Origin: Priapulus caudatus
Taxonomy: Eukaryota
Assembly (NCBI RefSeq): GCF_000485595.1
Contig: NW_014577078.1
Location: forward strand, 68,788 to 119,547
Reading direction: 5' to 3'
Length of the DNA: 50,760 nt
The notes below the pieces were generated by a model. That model did not search any database. It was not told the DNA's origin and worked only from the letters and a program-made list of their open reading frames with translations. A program made the translations under genes and the position numbers. This document shows positions 39,608-50,760 of this stretch, piece by piece; position 1 is the first letter of the stretch; every line of letters begins with the position of its first letter.

Positions 39608-41400
39608 TCAATCGTCATCATCATCGTCTTGTGTATCAGAGAAGACACTGTACGTCAGATTGGCATCATCACATTCCTCGTTGCAATCAAGTGAGGCATC
39701 TTCTGTCAGTTATGTACAGAGTTTGTTTGAACTTTGAGGCCCTCGAACGAAACGAAGCCCAATTTGTTGTTGTCCATAAGTGTCCATCCGTGGCTATGTG
39801 CTGGAAATTTAGTTTGATTGGGACTCCTGGCATTTTTCCATAGATGTGCAACATGGTTTAGCCCGCTTTTTCTTTTACTGAAGAACGTCTTTTCATGGGG
39901 GTAGACAACATGGATCAGTCGATTAATTTTTCTCCATTGGGGTGTCTCCATTTCTCAGGCATATGACGTTTTATACAGTATAAACAGAGTGTCATTTACA
40001 TGTCTCACATTCTGCACCCCATACATACAAGTTACCACAAACATAGTGCTCAAGAGTTGCGGAGACTTGGGGCTCCACACTTTCATTCGATCCTAGTTCA
40101 GTGATGGCCGATATGTATTCCATGTTATTGATCGTCAGTGCATAGGGTTTTGCTTTGTAAAGAAATGCAGCAGTGGAGTCGCATCCAGTGAAGGCATAGA
40201 AGGCTGGAAGAGCAGAACACACAGCTGGTGTTAGCTTCTAAGCAAGTTCTGAAATATTGATCAGGTATCTGGTATTCCTTGAGCTGGTGCCAGTATTAAT
40301 TCAGATGATAGCATTCGAAAGTTTCTCATGATAGAGTAGGAGTATAAAAAAACGTCAGTATCAGCGCCACGGACAACAGGACAAGCGACCAAAACAATTC
40401 ACAGACTGTTGAAGTATAAGGCTTGCTACGCCATCAAAGGTTTGAGGGAGCTTTGCTAGTGTGCGCAAGAAAAACATGGCATCAAGCATGCAGACATCAA
40501 TATGACAAGGTTCTGTGTTTCCAGTCCCCTCTGCTTCCAGTTTTTTCATCAGTGCCGATTTATCCGTTTTGTTCTTGGCTCCATTGATGTGACAAAGGAA
40601 AAGTGGAATTTCTGTGAGTGGGAAGGACAACGGAACCTTAGCCAAATCAAGACTCTTTGTGTCAGCAACAAAGAGCAATCTCTCGAAGACGACATAGGTG
40701 CATCGTATTTCGTTAATCTTCAGATCTTTTGATGAAATTCTTGTCTTCAATGCATCCCCTGCAAAGTTCTTGCATTTTTGTGACAAACTCGTTATACCAT
40801 TCATTCCCTTTGTGTACTACTCCAGTAAGATCATTCTCCACATCAGCGGTAGTTGCATTACCAGTTGTGAGGCAGTAAAGCTCAGGCAGGTTTACTTGAA
40901 ATTAATTCAGTTTCTTCCAGGCTTTTCACAGCTGCTTGTAAGTCCATTTTGATTCTGTATGGCTTCAGCTCTTGTGAAATTTCCTCAGTAAGAGTAAGAC
41001 CAGCCATATCCAGGAGACATCCCACTATAGCTCCCCTGAAAGATCTTGTAAGGGTCCACCTTTTTCTGGCATTGGCGCACTAAGAAAATCCTGCAAGCAA
41101 TGCTGCCTTGTCCTGCTGCAGCACCTTTGGCTTTGTTAACAATTTCGTTCCAGTGTATGGTGTATAGCACTCCATTGAGAAATTTTTTGCTGTGCGAAGA
41201 ATAGAGAGAGCTCCTCCTTGAAACGTGATGGATTCCTTCGTGGGTATTGTCCACATTCAAAAGATTCAAGTGGAACCTTATCATTCAGCTGCTATAATTA
41301 AGGCAATTTGTGGCGAAAAAGATGGGGCGCGTAAGACCAAGCGCATGGATCATATGTACGGCAGGCATAATCAAGTAACAAGTACAAGTGCACCATATTT
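39608..41400 (-). mobile_element. Decayed transposase with XPG/PIN-like motifs, probably Academ superfamily
   Basis: Frameshifted fragments in the expected order: DLAKVPLSFPLTEIPLFLCHINGAKNKTDKSALMKKLE, LDAMFFL, ADTDVF, ALPAFYAFTGCDSTAAF, HLWKNA...HGW, then an acidic tail. Termini not identified. Confidence 0.65.
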
Positions 41401-42357
41401 ATGTATACTATCCAGAACATAGCTGTCTTTCCATGTTCCCCAATTGTTGTGCTGTCAGTGTACTTGGCTTGCAAATTTTGCTCCTATATCCCGTATATTT
41501 ACCCTTTGAACCTGACCCCAAGGTATGCACTGGAGATGACCTATATACTCTTTCAAAATATTCTACATGCTGATAGCATAAAACAAAAATCGGTGTATGA
41601 TAATATCTCCTTTTGTTAGTATCAGTAAATTAACTCGATATTTTGCAAAAGTCTATCAGTTCAGCTGATATTCGCAATTTAATGTAGGACTTTCCTACCA
41701 TTTTTCAGTCGAATAAAATATAGGAAGTATCATTACTCATGTATTTGTGCATAAAATGACTCACTTTTACTTTAAATTATAAGTGTAATACAGTAAATTT
41801 TTTGGTGGACCTTTCATTAGGTAAAATGTACTTTTTCACTGTTGACCTGGTCTGCTACGCTATGTCCATATATTATGTGAAGTGACATGTACATGTGTAA
41901 ATTGTGTTGTGTGTGATATGGATAAGCACAATAATCTATTGCAGTTGATGGTTTGCCTGCATTATGTAACAGAGCTTGTGTTCTTTCGTGATGGGTCTTC
42001 ATCGAGTTGTAACTAAAACATGCTGTGCAGCATGCATCGTAAGATCACTGGGCAAATCTCTAGTTTAGTCACTTTCAACATGGGCTCAACACATACCATT
42101 TCTACTGCAGTTAGCCCACTAATGTGTATAGTGTTTTATCATTATATTTTATTTTTACTATCTCATTATTTCCTTGTTAGTGTGTCGTCTATCACAATTG
42201 CGTTTTTGAGTTTGTCTGCAATTGTGTTTTTCAATTTGTCTGTAAATTCCTTTCTTTGTTGCGGTGCATTTTGTCCCCAATAACTATATCACATTTAATC
42301 ACACTGTCGCAGTTGCTCCTTCGTCTGCAGCTTCTGATGTTGTGTCTTGTTATGTAG

Positions 42358-42560
42358 TGAGATCAGCAGCCATGCTTACAGCACTCACCCACCCCCATTC
42401 GGCCGGATGGAATCTCATGGTCACAATCCAGCCAACATGGCTGGCAGCTACATTCGCTTCTCTCCCGTCAGCGACCTTAAGCCTCCTGATCTGCGAACAC
42501 AGATAAGCGAGATCTCGATCGAGCGCAGCAGGCTCACTCTAGCAGACGTCATACAGGAAG
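42358..42560 (+). CDS. RYK: RYK exon 6 (juxtamembrane region, start of kinase domain)
   Basis: tatgtAG|, |GTAAGA; phase 2 start fits the TM exon. Ends ...RTQISEISIERSRLTLADVIQEG (cf. RYK ISRERITLKDVLQEG). Confidence 0.9.
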
Positions 42561-43023
42561 GTAAGATATGTTAAACCTGCATGTTAGCTCTCTTCACTGA
42601 AAATTTCTATTACAGTGGAGGAATTTTCTGTTGCGGCAGTGTGAGTCTGTCAGTGACAGGTTGTGGGAGGAGCACATGTTATGTCGTGGCTATCAAGCTT
42701 TCGTTCAGGATAGGTTAGTTGGATAAGACAATGTGTTGTCCTGTGTCGATCCTACCTTCCATCGGGGGAGAGTCATGGAAGAAGCCCATATTTTGTGCTG
42801 TGCCTGCCTTGGCTTCAGTCCAGGGAAAGTCATTAGTCAAAAAATGGAAATATAAATTTCGAATTGTATGTCTGTCCTATAAATTTTTTGTGTAAGAGAT
42901 CATTAGCCATGCTTCTGTGTTTGTTTCCCATAGTTTTTATTATAAAATAGCTTAAATAATGCCATAATGGCTATCTTCCTGTACAAAATATACAGTGTGA
43001 CATAATATGATAATGTGACTCAG

Positions 43024-43113
43024 GTACATTTGGGAAAATATATCATGGCGTGCTACTTGGAGAAGGAGCTGATATGGAAGTCGAAAATGATGTCTTCGTC
43101 AAAACTGTCACAG
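43024..43113 (+). CDS. RYK: RYK exon 7 (kinase beta1-beta3)
   Basis: ctcAG|, |GTAATT; GTFGKIYHGVLLGEGADMEVENDVFVKTVT. QEGTFG and FVKTV are RYK pseudokinase signatures. Confidence 0.95.
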
Positions 43114-43420
43114 GTAATTGATAGTGCCATATTATTTTCTTACCATAATAAATAACATGGTATATATTGTATTATATATGGTTCCTTGACTGTAGATGTA
43201 TTGTGGTAGGTATCTCGCCCTGTAATTGTAGTGCACTGCAGTACAGTAGCATTCTTTATGATTTATTGTGTTATTTCTAATTTCCACAACGTATGCCCAC
43301 TTTGTACAAATATAAATTGCATATTATATTTTAGTGATATTTTTGTGATTTTTGTTCTGTTATTAAATGTACAATTTGGCTTTGTGATCCACACTGTTGG
43401 TCAGTGCTAGTATCACTGAC

Positions 43421-43781
43421 GCTGATAGGGTCTATGTCTCCCTGGGTACTGCCAGAACGTACCCTGGTAACTATCTGATATGGTTAGGGTTAGGACTTGG
43501 GGAGTAGGCGTAGGCAACTCCCTAGACTCGTTAGTGGAGCTCATAGGGTCTATGTCCCCCAGGGTACGGTCCAGTATACCGGAACGTACCCTGGTAACTA
43601 TCTGATATGGTTAGGGTTAGGGAGTAGGTGTAGGCAATTCCCTAGACTTGTTAGTGGAATAGGCGAGGTACGGTCCGGCATATTAGATAGTACCAGCAGA
43701 GCATATAAATCACGTTGATTTATATGCTCTGGTACCAGGGTACATTCCGGCAGTACCCAGGAAGACATAGACCCTGGCAGC
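43421..43781. mobile_element. Mutator-like MITE with a 9-bp TSD
   Basis: ~50-bp TIRs (GCTG..AGGGTCTATGTC..CCTGGGTACTGCC); perfect TSD ATCACTGAC at 43412-43420 and 43782-43790; internal ~117-bp tandem duplication containing GGTTAGGGTTAGG. Confidence 0.85.
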
Positions 43782-44220
43782 ATCACTGACCGTGACACTG
43801 TGTTTTTTAGTAGTGTGTGTAATGTTGGAGCCAAATTCACGTTTGTTTGTCGAATTTTCCAATACATTACCTTACAAACCAGAGGACTGTTGACAGAAAC
43901 AGCCTTGACAGAAATTTATTGTACATCACTGTAATTTATGCATATCATGATGGGTAACAACATATAAATAATATCGGATGAAAAAACGACACGGTCATTC
44001 ATTTATTCTGCACTGCAAGACATGATTCTGCACAGTAACACAAAACGCGAGCATCATGACTCATTAAAATATTGAAAACAAGAGAACAAACGTCACTTGT
44101 AAGTGTTTGCTTTGGTATACGATCGGTAGATAAGCAATGTTTCTGACGTGTTTTCCGTGACATCTGCCTACCCAGATGCTGAGTGCTCACACATGACATG
44201 GATCATTTGTGATGTTGCAG

Positions 44221-44426
44221 AGCAAGCGTCGGAGTCACAGGTCAATCTGTTCATCACAGAAAGCTGCATGATGCTAGGGCTATCATTCCCCAGCATCCAG
44301 ACCATCCGCAGTATGTGCATGGACAATGAGCGTCAACCACTTGCTGTCTTCCCTTATGCATCCAACGGGCTTCTCAAGAAGTTCTTGCATAAGTGCAAGA
44401 TCCCAGGCGAGGGCCAGGGCACTCAG
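44221..44426 (+). CDS. RYK: RYK exon 8 (alphaC to hinge)
   Basis: ttgcAG|, |GTAGCC; EQASESQVNLFITESCMMLGL...PYASNGLLKKFLHKCK (cf. RYK DQASEIQV..TESC..PY..GNLKLFLRQCK). The remaining kinase exons were not found in the window. Confidence 0.92.
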
Positions 44427-45023
44427 GTAGCCAGCACTGTTTCTGGCAGCCATGTCAGTTGTTGTGGTGTGAGTATGCTTGCTTGCTTGCGCTTTTGTTT
44501 CTTTCTCCTATTTTTAGCATTTATTTTCTTTGCCTAAAACAGAAGCACGGTTGTGGCGCTACCATGGGTTTTAATCTTTATTGTCTTCTGAGAAAACGTA
44601 CCTAGACTGTTTGTTTAGCCTAACAGGTGAGTACAAAGTAGCCTCCTACCTTTTTACATGCAAGTCAAGTGTCAAATGTCAACGGATGATATGTGTAGAT
44701 GATGGGTAACATGACAGTAGGATGGGGTGATATAAAATTATAATGGTTCTATACTGATACAGCGTATCTATTACTTTATGCAAGTTCGCATTAATAAAGT
44801 GTAGGGCCAGGGTCTTACAAGAAACAACTGGCATCACCATAAAACCGTGTCAACGAGAACTCGTTGCATATATTAGTGAAACTAACAATGTACAAGTGCT
44901 CCAAGATATGTTAGCCTTATTGTAGACAGTTGCTGTTACCCAAGCAATACCACTTCATATTTCGATGGTCTTGAAAATGCGAGAGCGGGAGGGAAGGCTT
45001 CAAAATCATAACTTTAATGTATA

Positions 45024-45560
45024 TTTAGCTCATCCGACACCGTCAGACTGTCAGATGCTGCTTGTAGAATGGCATGAGCGTCTGTCCGTCAACAATTTGG
45101 GCACAAATCTAACCGGCTTAACATACATTGTTAATATTCTGGACATGGGGGCAATCCAAAAAAAACTGGGATGTCGAATCGGGGAATCAAGGTTCAAAGC
45201 TTAGAAAGGGGAAGGAAGGGCAAGTATCTCCCCTTAACTTGAGGTATAGGGGGAAATGCGTAATCGTGACACAAAATTAAACAGCTTGACCGTTGACATT
45301 GGGTATATAGTGTCCTGGTGTGAAAACCTATAATCGTTGCATGGCAAGGGCAGAGGAGCAAAGGACAGCGTTTAGACATTCTCTGAGGACATGGTCTAAC
45401 GGACCAAGTGAAAAATGTTTTTGTGTCAGCAGTACCACCATTATATGGTTTTATTAAAAATACCATGAAATTTCCTTCCCAATTCTGCACGAAAAGCTGT
45501 CTGATGACCTCTTGACCGTCAAGAGGAGGGTTGAACAGCAATTTGTTAACCGTCAACAAA
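45024..45560 (+). mobile_element. Helentron-associated non-autonomous element, 5' part
   Basis: TTTAGCTCATCCGAC start; shared blocks ccccttaactt, ctgaggacatggtctaacggacc and tcaagaggagggtt. 3' end not identified. Confidence 0.65.
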
Positions 45561-46373
45561 ATAATGAAATGGTTTCGCTAATGGAGCCTATATGCTTGTG
45601 TGAATGTGTAAGGCTTTAATTTCATAGTTAAATTTTTGTGACAGTACAGTGGCTGCTATGTGCACTTTGGAACCAGTCAATGGATCCAGAAGTAATGGTG
45701 GCTGAGCAAGTTGGGGAGGTGGCCTGTTGTATAACCGCCGCACTTCAAAAACATCTATTTTCAGCGATGAGGGTTTTTTCTGTAGCTGCTGTGAACAGCT
45801 GTCTGCTTTATATATGTGTCTACTAACACAGGTTTGATTGTGCATGACTTACAAGCATCTGGTTTACTCTGTATTAGTTTACATACCTTTCATTTCTTGT
45901 GTTGTGGCACTTTTAAAATGTTTATTTCTTAATGTGTGACCTTTTTTGTCTGCAAGTAGAACTGTTGTTTCGAGCCACATTTTTGGTTCCGAAACTGTTA
46001 ATGCCAATTATGCAAAGTATATGGGAACTTTTTAATTAATATACTCGTGGGCATTCGAATGATGTTTTAGTAGTTGTAGTTCTAGTGTTTGGTAGCTATT
46101 TTTTTTGAATGATTATTATGTTTGCAAAGATATGGATTTTAATAAAAATCAATTTTATTTAAACTTCTGAGTGCCGTAGGATATTGTGACATTGTGTGAG
46201 TTTGGTGGCAAATGTACTGCAGTGCTATAAGCCAGTTCGTAGTTAGCCAAGGGGTTGTGTGATGTCACAGGTCACCGGGTCATTTGTGACATAAATCGAT
46301 GAAATCTCGTGTGCAGCGTGCACTCTCGGTTCAGTACGTATATGTACATGTATTCTGTGTACGTGTGCACACA

Positions 46374-46404
<31 letters not shown>

Positions 46405-46429
46405 NNNNNNNNNNNNNNNNNNNNNNNNN

Positions 46430-49400
46430 ACTGTAAATATATTCTTAATGTTGTTTTATATATTTGACATTTTACCCCAATAATAAACACAGCAGGTGTG
46501 GCGCTGTTTATAATGTTTTCGCTATGCCGACTAACACAGCCTACTATTTACGTTCACGGTGTTACTGCGGGCGGCTGCCCCAGGGAGGAAATGTAAACTG
46601 AGTACGTAGTACTAGTACTAGCTAACTAGATAGGCAAATAGTTACGTTATTGATAGTTATAGTCTGCCTGCACTGCTGTGGTCTGTCTGCACCTAGCATA
46701 AAGTTTAGTTTTAATTAAAAAGTAATAAATCCTTATTCTAAAAAAGGCTATATGCGAGGGCATATTGTTAAAAGAATGGACGACATGAAGAGAACCTTAG
46801 ACAGGTAATGAAATCGAGAATCTCACAAGGCTAACTAAAAGACTAGATGACCTAGCAATAGACAGTATGAAAGAATTGCTCATCTAGCAGGCAATATATT
46901 CTGCATTCATTTGAAGAACTAAAACGTGACTAGAAGAAGCCTCTAAAAAATAACGCAATCTCGAAAAATGAACAACAAGATCTAAAAGCAGCTGTTAGCA
47001 CCCTAAAAAAAAGCAATAAAGATAATGACATGGCAATAGACGATTTGGAACAGTCATGCGACGTCGCCGACACCATAGAAATCTGCATAATTTTCCGCTA
47101 CATTCAAAACGGAAATATTAAATTAGTGTAGTTAAAAGACGTCGCCGCACAACATGAAAATCAACCTAAACTGTATCAAGATATAAGCACAACACACAGT
47201 GCCACCTCCAAGGTCAGGAGCACCACAAAAAATAATGTAAAAATTACCAGGCGCCGACAACACGTAATGAAACATATTATCAAACCGTAAACATGTGGAT
47301 CAGCTGAGGCAACTATATATTTACTACATCTAGAGCATAACATCTATATTATTAAACGAGCGCACTCTTTCTTATAAGCCTCGGCCGAGCCTACTATTTA
47401 ACAAGTGCTGACTAGCTAAGCGAACAGAGGATTTAAGCCTATCTATGGACAAGACTCGTAGAATATTCATTAGGCAAGGACCAATGAAAGTGAAATTATA
47501 GAAAATTGTAACGAAAGCAAACGATAGACAAACTACCAACTCGCCGACCAATGTGTAGAATAAACTACATGTAAAATTTATTATAATTTGAAACCTCATA
47601 TACGATGGCGGCCTCCTCTCCTTGCAGAAAATGTTTAAAGCCTGCAAGCCTAACCAATCTGCTATTTATGTAACGATATGTCAAATATGGTCTCACACAA
47701 AATGTTATAACTTTAACTAAGCAATCAATTTGAAATTTTGGGAACTTTGAATGAAACCATTTATTGCTACTCGTGCTATTGAAAAAAAAACCTTCGTTTT
47801 CAGAACATGATAATGCAAAAACCTATATGCAAACTATAGCGAGTGTAGCACCGGATTCAGGGGCCAGATTAGACCGTATTTGCCGTATTGCGAAATACGG
47901 TCTAGATTTCACAGCTGCCCTTTCGAAATTTTTGCCCGCTCACTGTGGGGTGGTGTGGCCCTTTTTGCGGCGATGTGCCTTAAATCTGGAAAAATACTGT
48001 TTAGCCTCAGCCCTTGAACCGGCCCTGCGGATTCGTACAGACACAGCTGTAGAGCGGGATAACTTGCGTGCGCGCTAAGTTACCCTTGCTTCGAAGGGGG
48101 GCTAACGTTGCGAAGCAGGCTAGCGCGTATTGAAGCGGGGATAGCGTGTAACACGCTGCAATAATTTAGCGCGTGTTAGACGCGCGTTCTTATGCCAACG
48201 CTAGTTTAGTACCATATCAAATTAGTAGTTTGTATGGGGTATACTAAGTCCACTTTCCTTTCTATTTCTTTACTTGACCAGATTAATTCTGCAAATGCCT
48301 TCCATACAGATGCTGACCTATTACGATCCTACAAAAATGATGACCGAAGACCCGCGACCATTATTTGAGATATCCAAGCAGTAAGTATCGTGAAACCTGA
48401 AAACCCTTCGAAAGTGAGGTTCTGAGGGACAAGCAAGCGACTTGTTTATACTACATGTAAATGCCACGTAGGTTTACAAAACAAATTTAACGTACCTCCT
48501 AGATTTTCTTGTCCAATTAAATACTGCTAAAATACTTGACTTAATTCCCAAGTTCTTGAAACTAAATTAGGATTCAATACGCCACTATACACATTTGATA
48601 TGCCTGCATATATTCAATAGAAGGACTCCATTACTAACGAAGAGGAGTTGCCGGCAGATATATAAGAGCCATTATCTTAGTGTCTTTACGGCATGCTACT
48701 GTACATCATTGTCAGGAGTGCATGCTGAGCAGCTGTGGATCACATTATTAGGAAATTTCAATAAAACAATTACAGTTGCGTCATCTATCGACATCCAAAC
48801 AATGATGTTCAGCCCTTCGAAACGCAAATGAACTAATATTCTCCAAACCTTTTAATAATTTTTCAGGTAATTATTATATTTGTGGTGATTTTAACAGATT
48901 TCTTGAAACAGGAATCCAAACAACCGTTCAGACAATTATAACAAACGTCTACCAACAATTATATTAACATGCTTTATTTCTTTTTTCGCTTTTTACTCTA
49001 ACCAATATATGCCTCCAATTACTAAACCACTCGTATTACTCAATCATCTAAAAACCCGTATGACCATTTTTATACGAACATCTCAGCAATAACATTAGCG
49101 CCGGTATAATTACACATGAAATTTGGATCATTCACCTATTTTTCATTCTCGTGCAAGATACAGGGTTGATCGAAAAGAGAAAATTGTCATACGCTCAATG
49201 AAAAATTACTACCACCATATGTTTTGTGATAGCCTACAACACAACGGGATCTGGATTTAGTTAATTTTGAATTGTCAGAACTTAACTTAAGCTTCAACAA
49301 ATTTATTGCTATATTTAAAAATAACCTGGACAAATATGCACCATTGCTAACTTTATCCAGAACTAAATCAAAATTCTACACTAGACCATAGATCACTGCG

Positions 49401-49865
49401 GGTCTACGGACTTCAATTAAAACTAAATCAAAATTATTTCATTCCCATTACTTAAAAGGTACTGAAGTTATGCGAAATTAATATAAGAAATACTGTAATA
49501 AGTTAACTCATGTAAAATAAATTTATAAAAAACAATACTACATTAAAGTACTAGCTCAGAATAAAAATAGTATGAGAAAAACATGTACTACAATTAACGA
49601 AATAATTAAGCTGAAAAATAAAGTTTCTGTTCATCCCGATACTTATCTACCTGATAACAATTCAATTACTAGTCCAAAGGCAGTTACTGACAAATTTAAT
49701 AATTACTTGCAAGGTATTGGTACATCCATGTCCAACAAAATTAAAAAGATAGATACACCTTTTCAGAACTTTTTATCGAATCCAGTTACAAATTCCATCT
49801 TTTTGACTCGTATTGTAAATGAAGAAGTAATCTCTATTTTCAAAAGTATGAATAGCAAGCAGTAA
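46430..49865 (+). mobile_element. Second (duplicate or allelic) copy of the same LINE insertion
   Basis: Colinear with about 33690-37210 and with the same 3' junction (aatagcaa.gcagtaacgctttt). Indel-rich in its first ~2.7 kb, cleaner afterwards. Confidence 0.85.
47858..48027. mobile_element. Small MITE (CAGGG...CCCTG ends)
   Basis: CAGGGGCC...GGCCCTG flanked by the direct repeat CGGATT. Confidence 0.55.
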
Positions 49866-49974
49866 CGCTTTTGCCGTATTGTTTATACTTTGCTTTGTTA
49901 AAATTCTTGTACTAACTAACATTGAAAACGATAAATAAAACGGTTATATCTTATAATATGTATGTTTTTTGTAG

Positions 49975-50128
49975 ACGAGCCTTCCATACGTGATGCGATA
50001 GTTACCAGGTCTACCAACACCAATGTCTTCTACATCGCGATGGGCTGTGCATTGGCACTCATAGTTGTCATAGCAACATTAGTAATAATATACTATATAC
50101 GATCCAGGAAACATAATGACAGAGTAAG
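49975..50128 (+). CDS. RYK: RYK exon 5 (transmembrane helix), clean copy assembled out of order
   Basis: ttttttgtAG|, |GTAAGT; DEPSIRDAIVTRSTNTNVFYIAMGCALALIVVIATLVIIYYIRSRKHNDRV. The VFYI motif, hydrophobic helix and basic stop are present; phases 1/2 bridge exon 4 to exon 6 exactly. Confidence 0.9.
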
Positions 50129-50659
50129 GTAAGTTGAACTAGCCAGGGATTTGCTGTTTGTAGAGCAGTATGTGCCCTTAAGCAAGGAAATACATGGCAG
50201 TGGTAACAAAAGCACGTCAACTTTTATAGTCTTAGAACAAGAGCCCGGGGTCATTTATCTGTTTGAAGTGACCATTTGTTTGGTGGCTATTTTTGGAAAG
50301 AGTATATACCTTAGTAGGGCTGACAACTTTCACGCATTCGGCGTGAGACTCATGCAATTGATGCTAATCTCACGCTCTCACTCCTGGTCTGCTAATTCTC
50401 ATACGCGTACTCGTACGCGGTGCACATTACATACATGTGTATGTTTCAAAACTCATTTTAAGTATGCACCAGAATGCACAGTTTCAAGCTGAACCTGCAA
50501 AAGCTCCCTTGTGTGGGAGGGGCCCCTCCCACACCCTTGGGGTTAAGGTCAAAGGGTAAATATAAGGGATATGGGAGCAGCATTTGTAAGCTTATAAAAA
50601 AAACTTGGGCAAACTGTGGGCCATTAAAAAAGGCCAATGGTAGACTAGATCATGAAACA

Positions 50660-50760
50660 AGGTCAAATCATATACATGTACTCACATTTAAAAATTGAGG
50701 TCAAATCATATACATGTACTCACATTTAAAAATTGAGGTCAAATCATATACATGTACTCA
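50660..50760. repeat. 38-bp tandem repeat running off the window end
   Basis: AGGTCAAATCATATACATGTACTCACATTTAAAAATTG, about 2.7 copies; a single core copy is at about 39558-39586. Confidence 0.9.

Noticed and set aside
43480..43625. TTAGGG-like repeats as an interstitial telomere
   Set aside because: Only about two units each, and internal to a TIR/TSD-bounded MITE.

Overview
Eukaryotic (metazoan, probably invertebrate) genomic DNA, rich in (GT)n/(GCGT)n microsatellites and small transposons; most ORFs in the supplied track are translations of simple repeats. The main content is the 5' two-thirds of a RYK/Derailed-family Wnt-receptor pseudokinase gene on the + strand. Eight exons were reconstructed by hand, all with GT-AG sites and matching phases: signal peptide, WIF domain, KRRK site, TM helix and kinase N-lobe. 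The gene lies head-to-head with two exons of an FBXO4-like F-box gene on the - strand. RYK introns hold a CR1/L2/Crack-type LINE (intact ORF1, no RT), a decayed Academ-like transposase, Helentron-type non-autonomous elements, Harbinger-, Mutator-, mariner-, hAT- and Kolobok-like MITEs, a family of tiny palindromic elements, and a TSD-flanked Penelope-like insertion with a variant minimal hammerhead ribozyme motif. About 33690-39590 is repeated at 46430-50760 after a 25-N gap, with indel-rich sequence in complementary halves. This looks like an assembly or haplotype duplication, and it leaves the only clean TM exon out of order. I found no convincing new multi-gene system; the best leads are the ribozyme-bearing insertion and the palindromic micro-elements. 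Family assignments come from remembered motifs, not from database searches.
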